A DNA stretch of 64,000 nt from Callorhinchus milii (Eukaryota), in the NCBI RefSeq assembly GCF_018977255.1, contig NW_024704742.1:38132001-38196000 (forward strand), written 5' to 3'. A program made the position numbers and the translations under genes. Under the pieces are notes generated by a model. The model made no database searches, was not told the origin of the DNA, and saw nothing but the letters and a program-made list of their open reading frames with translations. This document shows positions 48,757 through 62,212 of the stretch, piece after piece. Numbering within the stretch: the stretch's first letter is position 1; the number at the start of each line of letters is the position of its first letter.

Positions 48757-50624
48757 GACACCTGAGCCATTCTGTTCATGGCTCGGCTATTCCCTGAATA
48801 AAGTTGGGTCTTTATAAAACTATGTGCTTTATTACGCAGCAATTCTGTAATTCAGGCGAGGACTTTATTCCAATAACAGAAATATCTCGAGCTGGCTTCG
48901 AGGAACTCTGCTCCCAAAGTAGATTATGTTAGAAAGGAGTTTCCTGAGGCTTTCTGTTACCTGTATCTTGGTTTCCTTGTTTAGTAATCTAATAGTAATC
49001 TTCCTTTTTTTCGTAATAATTTTAGTTAATGATTCATATTAAATCCTTGCATTTGATACAGTGCCTTTTATTTACTTTGCCTTAAAGCACTTCACAGGGT
49101 TTATTGTGAAGTGACTGTATATTTTTTAGGTGAATACGGCAGTTGATTTTCACATAGTAATGTCCTGCATACAGCCAGTACGTGAATGACCAATTCCTTG
49201 GCCAGGAAACACTCCCTTTGTTTTTCAAATAGTGCCAGGAGATCTTTAGTCAGGCAGACAGGATCTTGTTTTAATATCCGAAGGATGGTGCCTCCAACAA
49301 CGCAGTGCACCCACAGCACCGCATTGCAACAACAACAAAATGACACTTATATAGCGAAGGTGACTCCGAGGTGACAAAATGAGCATCAGTCACATAAGCG
49401 ATCCAAGTTTCTAAAATCCCTGTTTCACACTGTATCCTGCTGCTGTGGTAAGACGCAAGTCTCGTGTAATTTCAGTGTGGTGGGAGACATTGTGGAAAGG
49501 TGTAATGTGAAAAATAAATCTTCTGATTAGAGATTGAATTTCTCAGAATCTGGTCCCATTCCTGGCCTATGTGGAATCATCAGATAATCGACTCTCACTA
49601 CGGAGAATGTGAAATAATCCACCTGGCTGAGAGGGAGAGCACGAGATTTAAACAGTCAGTGATGGTATCCGTTTCTGAACTCTACTGATGGTGTAGTGAG
49701 TAAAGACACCAGAAAGTCATAAGTATAATTCCCAGTTGTTAATTGCCACTTGAGCTAAGTGTTAAACTAAAACCAAACCACGAGGATTATTCCATGGTGA
49801 TTCCCATAGGCAGCAGCTGGATTGCTGCAATTGTCCTCAGCAGCTCAGTTAGGGAGCAGGAAAATTAATATAGGTTCCCACTCTTGATCTCTATCCAAAG
49901 ATCCCTGCTGGAAGACGGGGAGGATGAGATACTGCTTCAATTGTCGCACTTCCCTCTCCCCCCACAATACTCGCTATTGAAGCTGAACATCCACTTGGGT
50001 AAGGTATTACAGGGTGATAGAGTACAAGAGCAAAAGTACCAGTGGAAGAGGAGAGAGGTGATAAGAAAAATCCCGCTCTGCCCCTTTTCTGTTTTCCTTT
50101 GATGCCCACGCCCTCTCCTCAACAGTAAGTGCTTGCCCCACACGTCAAGGGTTGTCTGCAAGCCACTCATAGCCATGTATTTGATACCAAAGTGTTCCAT
50201 TAGGAGGGCGCATCACTGTGTAAAGTGATTGTCGTGCTGCAGTTATTGCAGGAAAAAACAATCTTGGAGGAACAGTGCAGGTTTTGGATTAATAATTTGT
50301 CTTTAACTTTTTCTACTTGAGTCAGAAATATATGATGAGAGTGCCTGGGGTGGTTTGGGATGTTGTAACTTAATGCTTGGATCAACTCTGTGTTTAGCAG
50401 AAGTGTGTGTGCACATACTATTATATGACCACTAAAAGCCTTGGATTCTGTAAACTTCAATTATAGATCTAGACGGAGAGACATCTGCAGGTAAGTCAGA
50501 CCTCTCGGGTATGGAACCTATTTCCGACTGGAAGGGATCAATTGCTTTTCATTTTGCTCTCCCAGAACTAAGAGAATTAGATGTATAAAACACAAATTTA
50601 AAAAAATTTCCTTTGTTTTTAAAG

Positions 50625-50820
50625 GTGAAACTGGTATTGGTAAATCGACATTAATGGACACGTTATTCAATACTAAGTTTGAAAACGAGCAGGCATCTCA
50701 CAACGAACCAGGCGTTCGGTTAAAATCGCACAGCTACGAGCTACAGGAAAGCAATGTTCGTCTAAAGCTCACTATCGTAGATACAGTGGGGTTTGGCGAC
50801 CAGATTAACAAGGAAGATAG
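50625..50820 (+). CDS. SEPTIN11: Septin-11 exon 3 (P-loop GETGIGKST ... [13 protein letters not shown])
   Basis: aag acceptor, gtgagt donor, 196 nt; G1 and G3 GTPase motifs; phase-compatible with both neighbours. Confidence 0.96.
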
Positions 50821-52948
50821 GTGAGTGTTTACATTTGAATGATCATCCAATATACAGTGACTAGAATGAAGAGACTACTTTCCTTTAAAAGATCAAGGAT
50901 GTGTTCTTTTAATGCTCATTAAGGTAAGGGATGTTAGCACTGGGGAACAGAACACTCCCCCATTTTGGACACTCCATGTTAGCATCCAGCTGTTCCCAGA
51001 TCTGGTTCACTAGTTGTCTGATCCAGATGTTGTGAACCAAATTGAAGAGAATATTAATCCAGAGTAGTTTGTGGAATTGTGCTCAGGTACACCTGTGGTT
51101 CATGGGTGTCAGCATCCCTCCTTAGTGGTTACGATCTTACTCTCGTTCACCAAATAGCAAACAGTTGCCATCGCTGCAATGTATAGGGATCCATGACCAT
51201 CTTTGTCTTTCCCCATCCCAACCTGGAAGCACTTGTGCTTGGCTGAGATTAATAAACTCAGCATGGACAAGGGATTGCACATGGAATATTGTGGGTCTGC
51301 TTGGCTCAACGCTACACTGAGGCAATCTCACCATGAACGCTTGCAGTGGGCAGGTGATCAGCACCGGGAGAATTTATGCTGAGCAGACAGGCAGGAGTAC
51401 TTACTGTGGACAGTGTGAAAGAAACTATGGTTGTACAGTTTAATGAGATGTGCTCTGTAGCCAAGAACATGCAGACTTCTTTTTAAGTAAATTTGACCTT
51501 TAGGAAAGGGAACTTGGTTCATTGAACTCCCGACCTAGTCTTTGCTTAGGAGACGGGCAGTCTACCATTTGAAACCAAGTCATCAGAGTTAATAGGATCG
51601 ATTATTTCAAATAACATCACATGATAAAAGATCAATGTTGGGTGTGAGCCTAATGTAGTCAGGCACCGTCTTGCTGCAAAATAATTTATCCATAGCTGCT
51701 GAAGTAAGGATCAATATATATATATTTTTTTAAATCCTGTAAAATGAATAGAAAAGTTGGTTTGAATAATTGCCTCAAATGTGACCATTTGTCTTGTTAT
51801 GACAGATGCTTCCTCCTCTGAAAATGATGGGTAGAGACTAAACAAAGCTGCAGAAATAATAATCCTTGCATTTGATAGCACTTCACAGAATATACTGTAA
51901 AGTGAATTGACTATATTTTGTGGGAGAAATTGTTCACTTAAGAAAGTTGTAAAAATAGCCTGGCAGCTAAGTCTCCTTTCTGCTATGATGTGGTCACATT
52001 GATCAGTGGGTACGTGACATGCCATGAAATTAACAAAGCTTCCCCTCTCCCAGTGAAGCATTAGGGCCATACAGGAAAGATTTAGGGTTTGAATCCACGT
52101 CTATGCTGAGTTAACTGATCAAAGCTGTGGTAGCAGGTGGTGTGTGACAAGATTTAATCTGAAGGCTTTCAGGAAATTTTTAAAGTTTTTTTTTAACCTG
52201 TGCCCACAATTCACATCAGCATAATTTGAACTAGGTCCTGCTTCAGGTGATGCCCTTTCTGCAAAGGGCCACCTTTACCACGATCTGCCTAATTTAGTCA
52301 AGGGAAGTATTGACATCTTGACATGGGTATTAGCCACACAAAATATTTATCAACAGAGATAGATTTAATTTTAAAAAGCTAGAAATAATACACAAACACA
52401 AAATAACAAAGAAATAAACAGTCCTTGAAAGGAATTCCATATAGAACGTAGAAAGAAGTCTTTGATGGCACAACACAGTACATCAACCAAGCACTTGCAT
52501 TGACTTGGAAGAGCTACCCCCTTTCCAACTAACAGTCACCAGTCGACTAAAGACAAATGTGAGTGAGAGTCGCTTCTTGAATCTGTAAATCTGGATCTCT
52601 TTGACCTTTAATCGCAGATAGAGTATAGAACAGGCATTGTTCCTAATCAAGTCACTGAGAACGAGAAGACAATCTTGCTTATTCTCAAGTGATGGTAATT
52701 CTTCAGTTTGTGTTCATTTTGGTTGGCATGGTCCATAGCCAGACATCTAGTTGAAAACAAAATCAGAAAACAACTTTGTAAATGGTCATGACGATGAACG
52801 TATTTTGAATAACAAGAGGAAAAAAATTGATCTTAAATACCATTTCTTACCTAAAATACCTAATGCCAGCCAGCCTGTGTTTAAAATTAATTGTTTTTCC
52901 AAGTTTGTCCAATAATGTTTCTAATCTGCTTTGTACTTCCCATTCCAG

Positions 52949-53135
52949 TTACAAGCCTATAGTTGAATACATTGATGCACAGTTTGAAGCCTATCTACAG
53001 GAAGAATTGAAAATCAAGCGTTCCCTCTACAATTACCACGACACCAGAATTCATACCTGCCTGTACTTCATTGCACCCACAGGACACTCGCTGAAATCTC
53101 TTGATCTTGTTACCATGAAAAANCTGGATAGCAAG
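52949..53135 (+). CDS. SEPTIN11: Septin-11 exon 4 ([26 protein letters not shown]...MKXLDSK)
   Basis: cag/gtaac boundaries, 187 nt; ambiguous base at 53123 in a Lys-like codon (AAN). Confidence 0.96.
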
Positions 53136-55188
53136 GTAACCAACTTATTTTATCAACCATAACATTATCACAGCACCATATAAAATAGTGATCAATTCTT
53201 AACAAACGTAAAGGTTACTGTGAGTTTCTGAAGGAATCAGTTATAACGCTCTTTAATTCTCCTTTAATACTGCCATGTTACGCTTGGCTGCAGAGCAGTC
53301 AATAAGCCTTGTAAATGCCTCGGTTCTCAAAGGATCACTAAAATAACTTTTCAGGTGTTCCTTCAGGTTTTTAATTCGAAAAGTTGCTTCAATTACTGTG
53401 TGGAAAATCAATAATCCAAGTCAATTCTTGCTGGTATTTTTATGAGCACGTCTTGTTTGTTTCAAAGAATCAGAGTTAAGCTTACCTAACAGTTTACTTG
53501 ATATACTCAGCAATGCATACCCAGATTGTGTTTACCTGGTCAGTGCTTCCTGAGTTGTTGTTTGAATGGGATTGGTTTTAGCTGTAATCCTTTCTACCAC
53601 CTCACCCCTGCAGTGATTAGTTGCTGCAACTCACTGTCTAGACTTGTTTATAAAGAGTAGTCATTTAGAGGAGTTAATGGAAGTGGTAGCATCCTCAGCG
53701 CCTTGGGACGTCCTCCCTATGTGAAAGGCCCTATACAAATGTAATTTTGTTGTTGTTGTAGTGCTGATGAGCCTGCACCCAAATGTGAATTTATCAGAGA
53801 AGTGAGTTTCTCCAAGAGTCCTGGCCAGCCATCTCCCAGATAAAATTGGCCAAACTTCATGCCTGTTTGCCAGACCCAACAGTGCGCTAATTGGTTGTCA
53901 CGTTCACCTAGAAATCCACACTCGCTACATTTTAGTGAAGTGCTTCAGACTGCCTCCCAGTGTGAAAGACACTATTATTAAATGCAGGGATCATTTATAT
54001 ATTATTAGAAAATGGGGCGACCATTATACTTGCTAACTGTGCTACTGAAAATCCATCCTAAATTATTTTTACTTTTACATAAAAGGAAACTACCAGCAGT
54101 TGGTTATATACAGTATAAGCTTTATGCTGCTGGGACTGGTCTTGATGGTCTGCTTACGCTACATATATGGTTTGGTGCCAAACCTCTTTCTTGATATAGC
54201 TTTCCTTGCAACAACACAGTGACATTGTTTAATTTTCAAACACAATTGTCAGGTCTCAGCTTTGGACTTCTTCATAATTTACAATGGTAGAAATCTGAAA
54301 GAAAATGACATCCTTGATATACCCAACAGATCGATCAATTGTTGAATATTTTCCAGCGTTCATTCTAGTTCTGTTAAAGTGCTGCAGCCGAAATGGTAAC
54401 CTTAAGAGAAGTTCCAAGGATTCTGAATAATGTGATGATTATTAATTTCCTGTTAAAAATACGATTCTGGAATGACATTCCTGTATTTCCTCTTGTTTCC
54501 TTGGAGGAGGTGCTGGAGAGGATGCAGATACCAGTGCTTCCTGCTGTAGCTGCTCAAAGGGAAATGACCAATGGTTTGACTGAGAAATGATGACTGGGTT
54601 TTGCCTGCAGGGTTTACCTGTTTGTTTGTTTGTTTAGACCATTGTTCTGTTCCAAATGAGAGACTACTTCCTAGAAACCCAGAAGCTATAGTTTAATTTG
54701 GATATTTGTGAATCGTTCTTTCGAGCTGAGAGGGTGTTCAGTGGATGTGTTAGAGTCCAGATAGAACGTCAGTGCAGTTAAATATTTGATAGTTAAATCT
54801 TTCACCCCATGTTTTTAGGAAACACGGCGGTGATAGTTACAATTGTTAAATAGCATCAAAAGTGTTGAACACTTGCATTACAAAAAATGAGCTTGTCAAT
54901 GCTGGCTTGGCTGCAATGTTTTGGATGTGGAGTCTCACTGCACTTTAGAGTATGTCCTGTGAAGATCTTTGGAATGTCCTCCCAACATGAAAGGCAATAC
55001 CACACCAAATGTAAGAGGTATTATTATGTTTGTGAACATTAATGGCACTTGAGGTAATTCTGAAGTCTCATCTACTCGAAAACCCAAATGCCTCAGGTTC
55101 AATGCGCTGTCTAAGGTGGTACCCTCATCTTTAGGTTAGAAGTTTGTGGAATCGAGCTCTAGTTGGGACTTCAGTTTATATTCTAAGC

Positions 55189-55435
55189 CAGTGGCCTCCA
55201 ACCTGTCAATCGCCACTAGGTGGTACTGTCATGCATGATCAAAAAGACAAAAGGAAGGAGCGAGAGTTATGTGAGTCCAATTAAAAACTAAGCCAGGTGT
55301 AGGAAATACTTTGTGCATCTTGAAATAAAAATATAAACTTTAATGTTAAATAGCAGTACATATCGCTCCTGCCTCTTTGTTTTTATTGAGCATACACGAG
55401 ACGCCACCTAGTGGTGATGGACTGGTTGGAGACTG
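55189..55435. mobile_element. hAT-type MITE with long inverted termini, nested in a SINE
   Basis: Left ctccaacctgtcaatcgccactaggtgg versus reverse-complemented right ctccaaccagtccatcaccactaggtgg (25/28 identical). The 8-bp flanks ttctaagc / gtcgaggc both resemble the host SINE site gtctaggc. Confidence 0.75.
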
Positions 55436-56197
55436 GTCGAGGCTGACACTTCAGTGCCGTGTCGGGGAGCACTGCATTTTCAGAGGTGTCATACGTCACA
55501 TGAGCTATCTATCTGCCTGTTCTTTGTGTGGGTGTCAAGGTTCTGCAACTCTCCTTCAAAAAAGTGAAGGAAGCCATGCAGCAGTTAAGCCACCAGAACA
55601 CTGTTCGCATTAGTCCAATAGCTCTAATGGTCTTAGCTTTATTACCATTTGTCTTCAAATTAAAATGCTGCCTTAATTTGAATTCAGTCTTAATTTAGGA
55701 GGCAGTAATGTCTTTGTAATGTGGAAATCTGTCTTCCAATTTAAGACATTTCCAACATTCTTTACAATCTTGAATGTTATGACTTGAGTCATCATTTCCA
55801 TCAGTAATTGCTTCTTACTTTCATAAGGCTAAGACTGTGAGGAATTTGGAGTCTCTGGAACCTTATCTAAGTGGCTCAGTGTTGCGCCAGATTGTGCATG
55901 AGCTATGGGGGTAGTCGGAAGGTAACGGCCTCAATTCATTTCCTTGAGCAGAGTATCGCTGATGTCCTCCAGGATCTCTGTTAAAACCACAGTAACTTTA
56001 ACTTGTGTTACACAGATTAACATCAATAGAAAATACAAATCTTGATTTTGAACCAGGTTCCAATGCTTCTCTGCAATTGTGTATATATTTGTAAAGAATT
56101 GACTTGTGAAGGGTTCTCCAGTATTCAGGTATTAGAATGTCTTAGGTACAAATAAAGCAAAGGTGTGAAGCCATGGCTTGCGGGTTGTGTTTTCCAG

Positions 56198-56359
56198 GTG
56201 AATATAATTCCCATTATTGCCAAAGCAGACACGATCTCCAAGAGCGAGCTGCATAAGTTCAAGATCAAAATCATGAGCGAGTTGGTCAGTAATGGTGTGC
56301 AGATTTACCAGTTCCCAACAGATGACGAAACTGTTGCAGAGATCAACTCAACAATGAAT
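56198..56359 (+). CDS. SEPTIN11: Septin-11 exon 5 ([12 protein letters not shown]...EINSTMN)
   Basis: cag/gtaagt boundaries, 162 nt; G4 motif AKAD. Confidence 0.96.
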
Positions 56360-56840
56360 GTAAGTCCCGATTCCTGATTTAATAGATTTTGTCATTTACA
56401 TGGGTTTAAAAGAATGCTACATTTCAGCATTTCATTTGAAATTAAGGGCATTGTACATAAGTTTTCTCCTTATTACATGCGTATCTCTTCCAATTCCTCC
56501 CCAACAGTTCTGTGATATCATTGTGAAATTTGTGTGCTCTATAAATCCTGTTCGTGTTTTTTATTTTTTCCCCCACACCCTGGTAGTGATTAACAGCAAC
56601 TTGCACCTCCTAGAGTCGCGCTACTGCGCGCTGCCTTTCATGCAGCTTAGCACTGTCCAATATTCTTTTACATCCTGAATGGACAACATATACTCACTCC
56701 CGCTCCTATGTACAAAAAGGACATTCTACTTAAAATTATCCTGTTTAATGAAGACCACAGTTAAGTATTGCTACCTTTCAGCCTGCAGCGACTGAGTAAC
56801 AGACTTGAGAACAACTTGTATTCTTTTTCTTGCTCTCCAG

Positions 56841-56937
56841 GGACATCTCCCATTTGCTGTTGTTGGAAGCACTGAAGAAATCAAGATTGGGAATAAAATG
56901 GCAAAAGCTCGGCAATATCCCTGGGGAATTGTGCAAG
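56841..56937 (+). CDS. SEPTIN11: Septin-11 exon 6 ([32 protein letters not shown])
   Basis: cag/gtatgt boundaries, 97 nt; [10 protein letters not shown] matches SEPT11 as recalled. Confidence 0.96.
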
Positions 56938-57867
56938 GTATGTCTGACTTGCAAGATGTACCTTTTATCTTACCTTTCAGATCTTAAGTGTGCTCAATAG
57001 TGTAAGAAGTTAGAAAACTTCTAAACCGATTTTCTTTGGACCTGTCTAGAAACTAAACAGTGTATTGTAAAATTTAGGGAAGGGCATCTTCCCCCATTCT
57101 TGCCCCACTCTGCTGCTCCTTATCCCGCAGCAGATAAAATTTACCCTTACCATCAAATGCCTCCATGGTCTCGGCTGTTAATACAATTGATATATTTGAC
57201 AATAATTACCTGTGAACCACTTTGAAACAGTTCAGTGCCTTTTCACATGCAAGCATTGTAATTATAATAAACGGTCTAAACAAGTTCATTTGCTGCAAAA
57301 TAATCACCATATAGTATATCCTGTAAAATGTTTTTGAGACGCTTTTCCGATGTGAAAGGCACTGTATCAAATACATGGTTATTTTTATTTTAACGTTGGG
57401 ATACGTTTATTACTTTATTAGTGGTAGTTAATAACGTACTATATAAATGCTAGAGAGGAGCTTATAGAGGTATAAGATTCTAAATGGGATAGAGAAATTT
57501 GATGCAGAACAAAACTTTCAGATATACCAAGGCAGCAGGACAAGGTTCACAGGTTGAGGGTTGTGAAGAACAATTTTAGGGTAAGACACCAGAAGTATAT
57601 TTTTACATAGTTTGATTATGACAATTATGCTCCTCACTCTTTCCCTGGCTTCATGGACTGTGCTGCTCAGGTTACATCCTTTCACAGATTAGGAGCATTA
57701 CCCAAAGGTGCCTCTTTCCCTGTCAATGATGAGATTTATTGCCATTTCAAAAGATGTGAAGAAATGCCTTCCTTTGAACTTCATGAACTGAAAAGTGTTT
57801 CTGCCAAAACAACTGTTTATTTCAGTTCTTTGTTTCCTTTTTTTTTAAAAAAAACCCACACTAATAG

Positions 57868-58036
57868 TGGAAAATGAAAATCACTGCGATTTTGTGAAAT
57901 TGCGAGAAATGCTGATCCGAGTGAATATGGAGGACCTGAGGGAGCAGACACACACACGCCACTACGAGCTATACAGACGGTGTAAGCTGGAGGAGATGGG
58001 ATTCAAGGACACCGACCCCGACAGCAAACCTTTTAG
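57868..58036 (+). CDS. SEPTIN11: Septin-11 exon 7 ([55 protein letters not shown])
   Basis: tag/gtaac boundaries, 169 nt; septin unique element. Not in the supplied ORF track; translated by hand. Confidence 0.95.
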
Positions 58037-59892
58037 GTAACAACTTTGGAGATTTGGCTTTGTGGAGCCAAGATAACTCGGGTTCTAAGTCACCCTGACT
58101 ACACCAAAGCCAAAGGTGTCAAGTCACCCCAGGGTGCACAACTGGCTGCAGAGTTTCTCTCACAAACTATATAATCAATCCACTTTACAAGATATTTTGT
58201 GAACCGTTTTGAGATGTTCTTAATGATGTGATAAGGTGCTAAATCAAATGCAAGTATTATTATTATTATTCTATAGACAATTGGCCAAATAAAGAATTGG
58301 TAGAAAGATCCCTAGAGATGCATTGTGCAGTTTCAGGGTTTATACAGATCAATTCAGATTTTTAAAAAAACGTAATATAGGTTATGTGCTAGTGGTTGAG
58401 GTCTTAATTACTGTGGTTTTTAAATTTCATTTCTGATGAACATTTTCTCCAATATGGCTCAGTGGTTGCTTTCTTAATCTTAGACAGACGCAGTGAGATT
58501 GAGCAGTATCCCTGGAGAAATTGGGTGCATGGGGGGGAGGCATGGGGAAGAGAGCATGAAAATTGGCTAGGCATTTGCTCGCTGCAAAGGGTCTATGCAC
58601 TTATTCACTTATGAGAACATGATTGAGCTTGGTTCCGATTTGTTTCAGTGACATTTGAAGCTTTCCATCCCACGCTTTCAAGACTCTGTTATTATAATAA
58701 TAATAATAATAATCCTTGCATTTGATATAGGATATCACATCTTGGAGACATCTCAAGAGCTCTGGGATGCCGCTTCTGCATGAGAGGCACTATATATATG
58801 CAAGGTGTTGTTTCAAAGGGCTTCATAGAATATACTGCAAAGTGAATTGACTGTATATTTTGTAATCTCACATGTGATGAAGACCGTTGTGCGGGGTCTG
58901 TAGGTGCTTCAGGAGTCCATGCCCCAAAACAATTACACTTTCAAAGAAGATACTTTGAGTTTAGTCTAGAGACTGACGTTTCACTGCGTTGTGGAAGGTG
59001 CCATCCTTCAGATGAAATGTTAGATCCAGGTCTTGTCTGCCTGGTCAGATGAACGTTATAAATCCCATGACACTATTCCCAAAAAGAGGAATTCCTCCCA
59101 GTGTCCTGGCTAACAACCTCCAGATGGATTGGTCGTTGAGTTTGCAGCTGTTTGTGGGACATTGCTATGTGCAAATTAGTTGCTGCTTTTTTCTACAAAT
59201 AGTCACCAGACTCGACAGAGATTCTTTGTGAACTGCTTTGACACTATTCAACATTCCAGGCATTACTTTGAATGTTTTTTTTGAAGGTGTAGTTGATTTG
59301 GGACATGGACTTCTGAAGCCTACAGTACCCTGCACAGGGGTCATCAACTACACTTGAGAGTCTTGAAAGCATTGTATCTAATGCCAGGATAATTATGGGA
59401 AGAAGAACGAAACAAATTGGCAGATGGAAAGATTGCTTGGAAAACTATATGGAAACCTAATGGTGTCTAATTTAGTGTGTAAAGAGTTAAAATCCTGTGC
59501 ATGCAAACCTCTATCAATGAGTATATTTCAGAATTGTTTTTGTTACTTTAGATCTTGAAACATCTATACATAAAATATGGGTTATCACATGGTAATGGAG
59601 GCTCAAGTGGTGCAAAAATTACAATACACATTTACATTTATATAGTGCCTTTCATGTTGGGAAGCCTGTCTAAGGCGCTGGACAGTTTAAGGTTTGCAGC
59701 CAAGCTGGGGTGGGAGCCAAGGGGAGGGGGGAAAGATTGTCATAGAGGAAGATCTTATTTTAAAATTTGAATTTGAAGTGAGAACACAAGTCAAGTCTTG
59801 CTCTTTGTTTCCAGGGCTGGAGGAGGCTACTTTCACAGTGTTGCACAGAAATGCAAACCAGACTCTGTTTTTATCCTGTATTTGTTTTTCAG

Positions 59893-60025
59893 TCTGCAGG
59901 AAACCTACGAGGCAAAGAGAAGTGAATTCATGGGTGAGCTTCAGAAAAAGGAGGAGGAGATGAGACAGATGTTTGTCCTGAGGGTCAAAGTGAAGGAAGC
60001 TCAGCTAAAAGAGGCTGAGAAAGAG
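59893..60025 (+). CDS. SEPTIN11: Septin-11 exon 8 ([44 protein letters not shown])
   Basis: cag/gtaaaa boundaries, 133 nt; coiled-coil region. Confidence 0.94.
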
Positions 60026-60074
60026 GTAAAAAAAAGTTGAGGTTTAAGTAAAAGCTGCTGCTGTTTCCCTAGGC

Positions 60075-60549
60075 CAGGGTGGTCCAACCTTTTTAGCTAC
60101 TGACAACAAAAAAAATTACACTTGTACAGCGCCTTATGGGTGGAGGCGCGGAGGGATGTTGGGGGCAGCAGAGGGGGGTGCGGAGGGTGGAGGAGACCAT
60201 GGGTGGGGGTGGGGGGCAGGGGGTGGAGGAGGGCAGGGGGTGGAGGAGGGCAGGGGGTGGAGGAGGGCAGGGGGTGGAGGAGGGCAGGGGGTGGAGGAGG
60301 GCAGGGGGTGGAGGAGGGCAGGGGGTGGAGGAGGGCAGGGGGTGGAGGAGGGCAGGGGGTGGAGGAGGGCAGGGGGTGGAGGAGGGCAGGGGGTGGAGGA
60401 GGGCAGGGGGTGGAGGAGGGCAGGGGGTGGAGGAGGGCCGGATGCCCCATTTGAGAAACGACTGCGGTCCCCATAAGCAATATTTTGGTGTTTTCCTTCT
60501 AGAAACGGCAGATGAAATTGGCCCGTGGGCCGCCAGTTGAACCACCATG
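60075..60549. mobile_element. hAT/Charlie-like MITE
   Basis: Termini cagggtggtccaac / gttgaaccaccatg (12/14 inverted match); subterminal ggcccgtgggccgcca motif. Confidence 0.6.
60216..60437. repeat. 17-bp G-rich minisatellite, 13 copies
   Basis: Perfect unit gcagggggtggaggagg at 17-nt period. Confidence 0.97.
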
Positions 60550-62024
60550 GCCTAAAGTAACTGGTGTTTTCAGTGATGTGTATTAGACTGTCAACAAAAT
60601 GTAACATCTCTTCAATAGAAGGGGGCTGCAATATTAACTGAGCTGTAAATATGAACAAAATTGTGGCTTATTCTCAGTGACCAATTGTCAAATGTAACTT
60701 CCCCCAGGGGCATTTTATTTTTTGCATTAATGTGGGAAGTGGTGCTTTCAATGCTACCTCTGAGTGTGCCAAGATTGTCTCCAGGCTGTTGTCTCCAGAG
60801 ATCCTGAACTGGGAATTTTGGCACATTCAGAAGTAGCATTGAAAGCACCGCTTCCCCCAATAACCTTTCAAGCTTATGTGCAGACACAAGCCGGAGATCA
60901 GGGAAGGGTCAGCAGCTAGAAATAACTCATAAAAGCAACTTTTAAATATGCACAGCTATTTGTTCTTTTCACTGGTACTGTGGAATTAGCACCACAGTCT
61001 TAAGTGGAATGAGGCCACCAGGGTATGACACTTAACCATGTAAAAGCAATGTAAGCGGTGCTGAATTGCTTTGTCCTCATTCCAGCATTAGTGTGGTTGG
61101 ATCTATGACCTCTTAATCTTTAATTATGTTGTGAAGATATTAACTGGGGTTTTCATAAATGGCTTGTCTCCAGTTTCACTGTAAATTGGGATTGGAGTTG
61201 CTATCTCAGTGGACTCTGGGCAATGACTGCAAGAGGTTGGGGAGAAAATAAAATGGAAGTGAATTGAAAAATGGAAAGGCTGGATCAAATGTAATAGAAA
61301 AATTAACATTTGACAACATGAAGATTTCTAAAGAGTTTTCTTTTGTGTCTATTGCTTTTGACATTTGCACTGATTAATCAGCAAATGATTGTTTTTCCAA
61401 TGCCCCTTTTCACAGCAACCAGTTTCTGTGTTCAGCAGAATGTTTTCGAAAATATCACGGTGAATAACTGCACTGCCTGATGCTGTCTTGAGCATATCAA
61501 GAGAGTCCCTGTGTGCTTCCTGTGTCAGTTGGTCTCAATTGGGCAGTGATGGGAGCACTGCATCTGGGCTCAGTATCACTGTTTAGGAAGTGAAAAGTCT
61601 CATTTTCCACTGATTTGCTGTCCTATCACTTCTACTGTTCAGTATTTTTTGAATTGTGTAGTGAAGATCAGGCCCAGTTGTAATATCCCTTTGTGGCCCA
61701 ATAATAGCCTGCTGGCCCCTACTACTGAACCTGACTTTGAGTGACCACTTGGCCTAGGTACTGAAGGTTTGCCATCACTCAGTGCGAGGAGAGTGGGGTA
61801 AGTGTGAGTCACCTTCAAGAGGAAAATGGGGGCGAAGAAGATGTGAACACTTGTCTTTAAATTTTGTGCTGATAAGTGACTATCAAGAGCTCTGGGACTC
61901 TATCTTGCATGAGGGGCACTATATAAATGCAAGTTGTTGTTGGCTCCCCTAATTCCTATGCATTGTGCTCTGGATATGTGAGCTCCATTAGTTTTCCCAA
62001 TGCCTGTGTGATGTGTCTCCACAG

Positions 62025-62212
62025 CTCCATGAGAAGTTTGATCACCTGAAGAAGACTCACCAGGACGAGAAGAAGAAGGTGGACGATAAGAAGAAGGACC
62101 TGGAGGAGGAATTGAACGCGTTCAACAAGAAGAAAGCAGCCGCTCAGCTGCTTCAGTCACAGGCTCAGCAAGCGGCCTCCCAGACCAGCAAGAAGGACAA
62201 GGATAAGAAAAA
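62025..62212 (+). CDS. SEPTIN11: Septin-11 exon 9 ([19 protein letters not shown]...[25 protein letters not shown])
   Basis: cag acceptor, AA|gtaag donor, 188 nt. [13 protein letters not shown]...KKDKDKK is SEPT11-like. Reading through the donor gives K then a stop at 62216. Confidence 0.93.

Noticed and set aside
60093..60658. Six overlapping ORFs with PPPPALLHPLPSSTPC repeats
   Set aside because: Artefact of the 17-bp minisatellite within intron 8.
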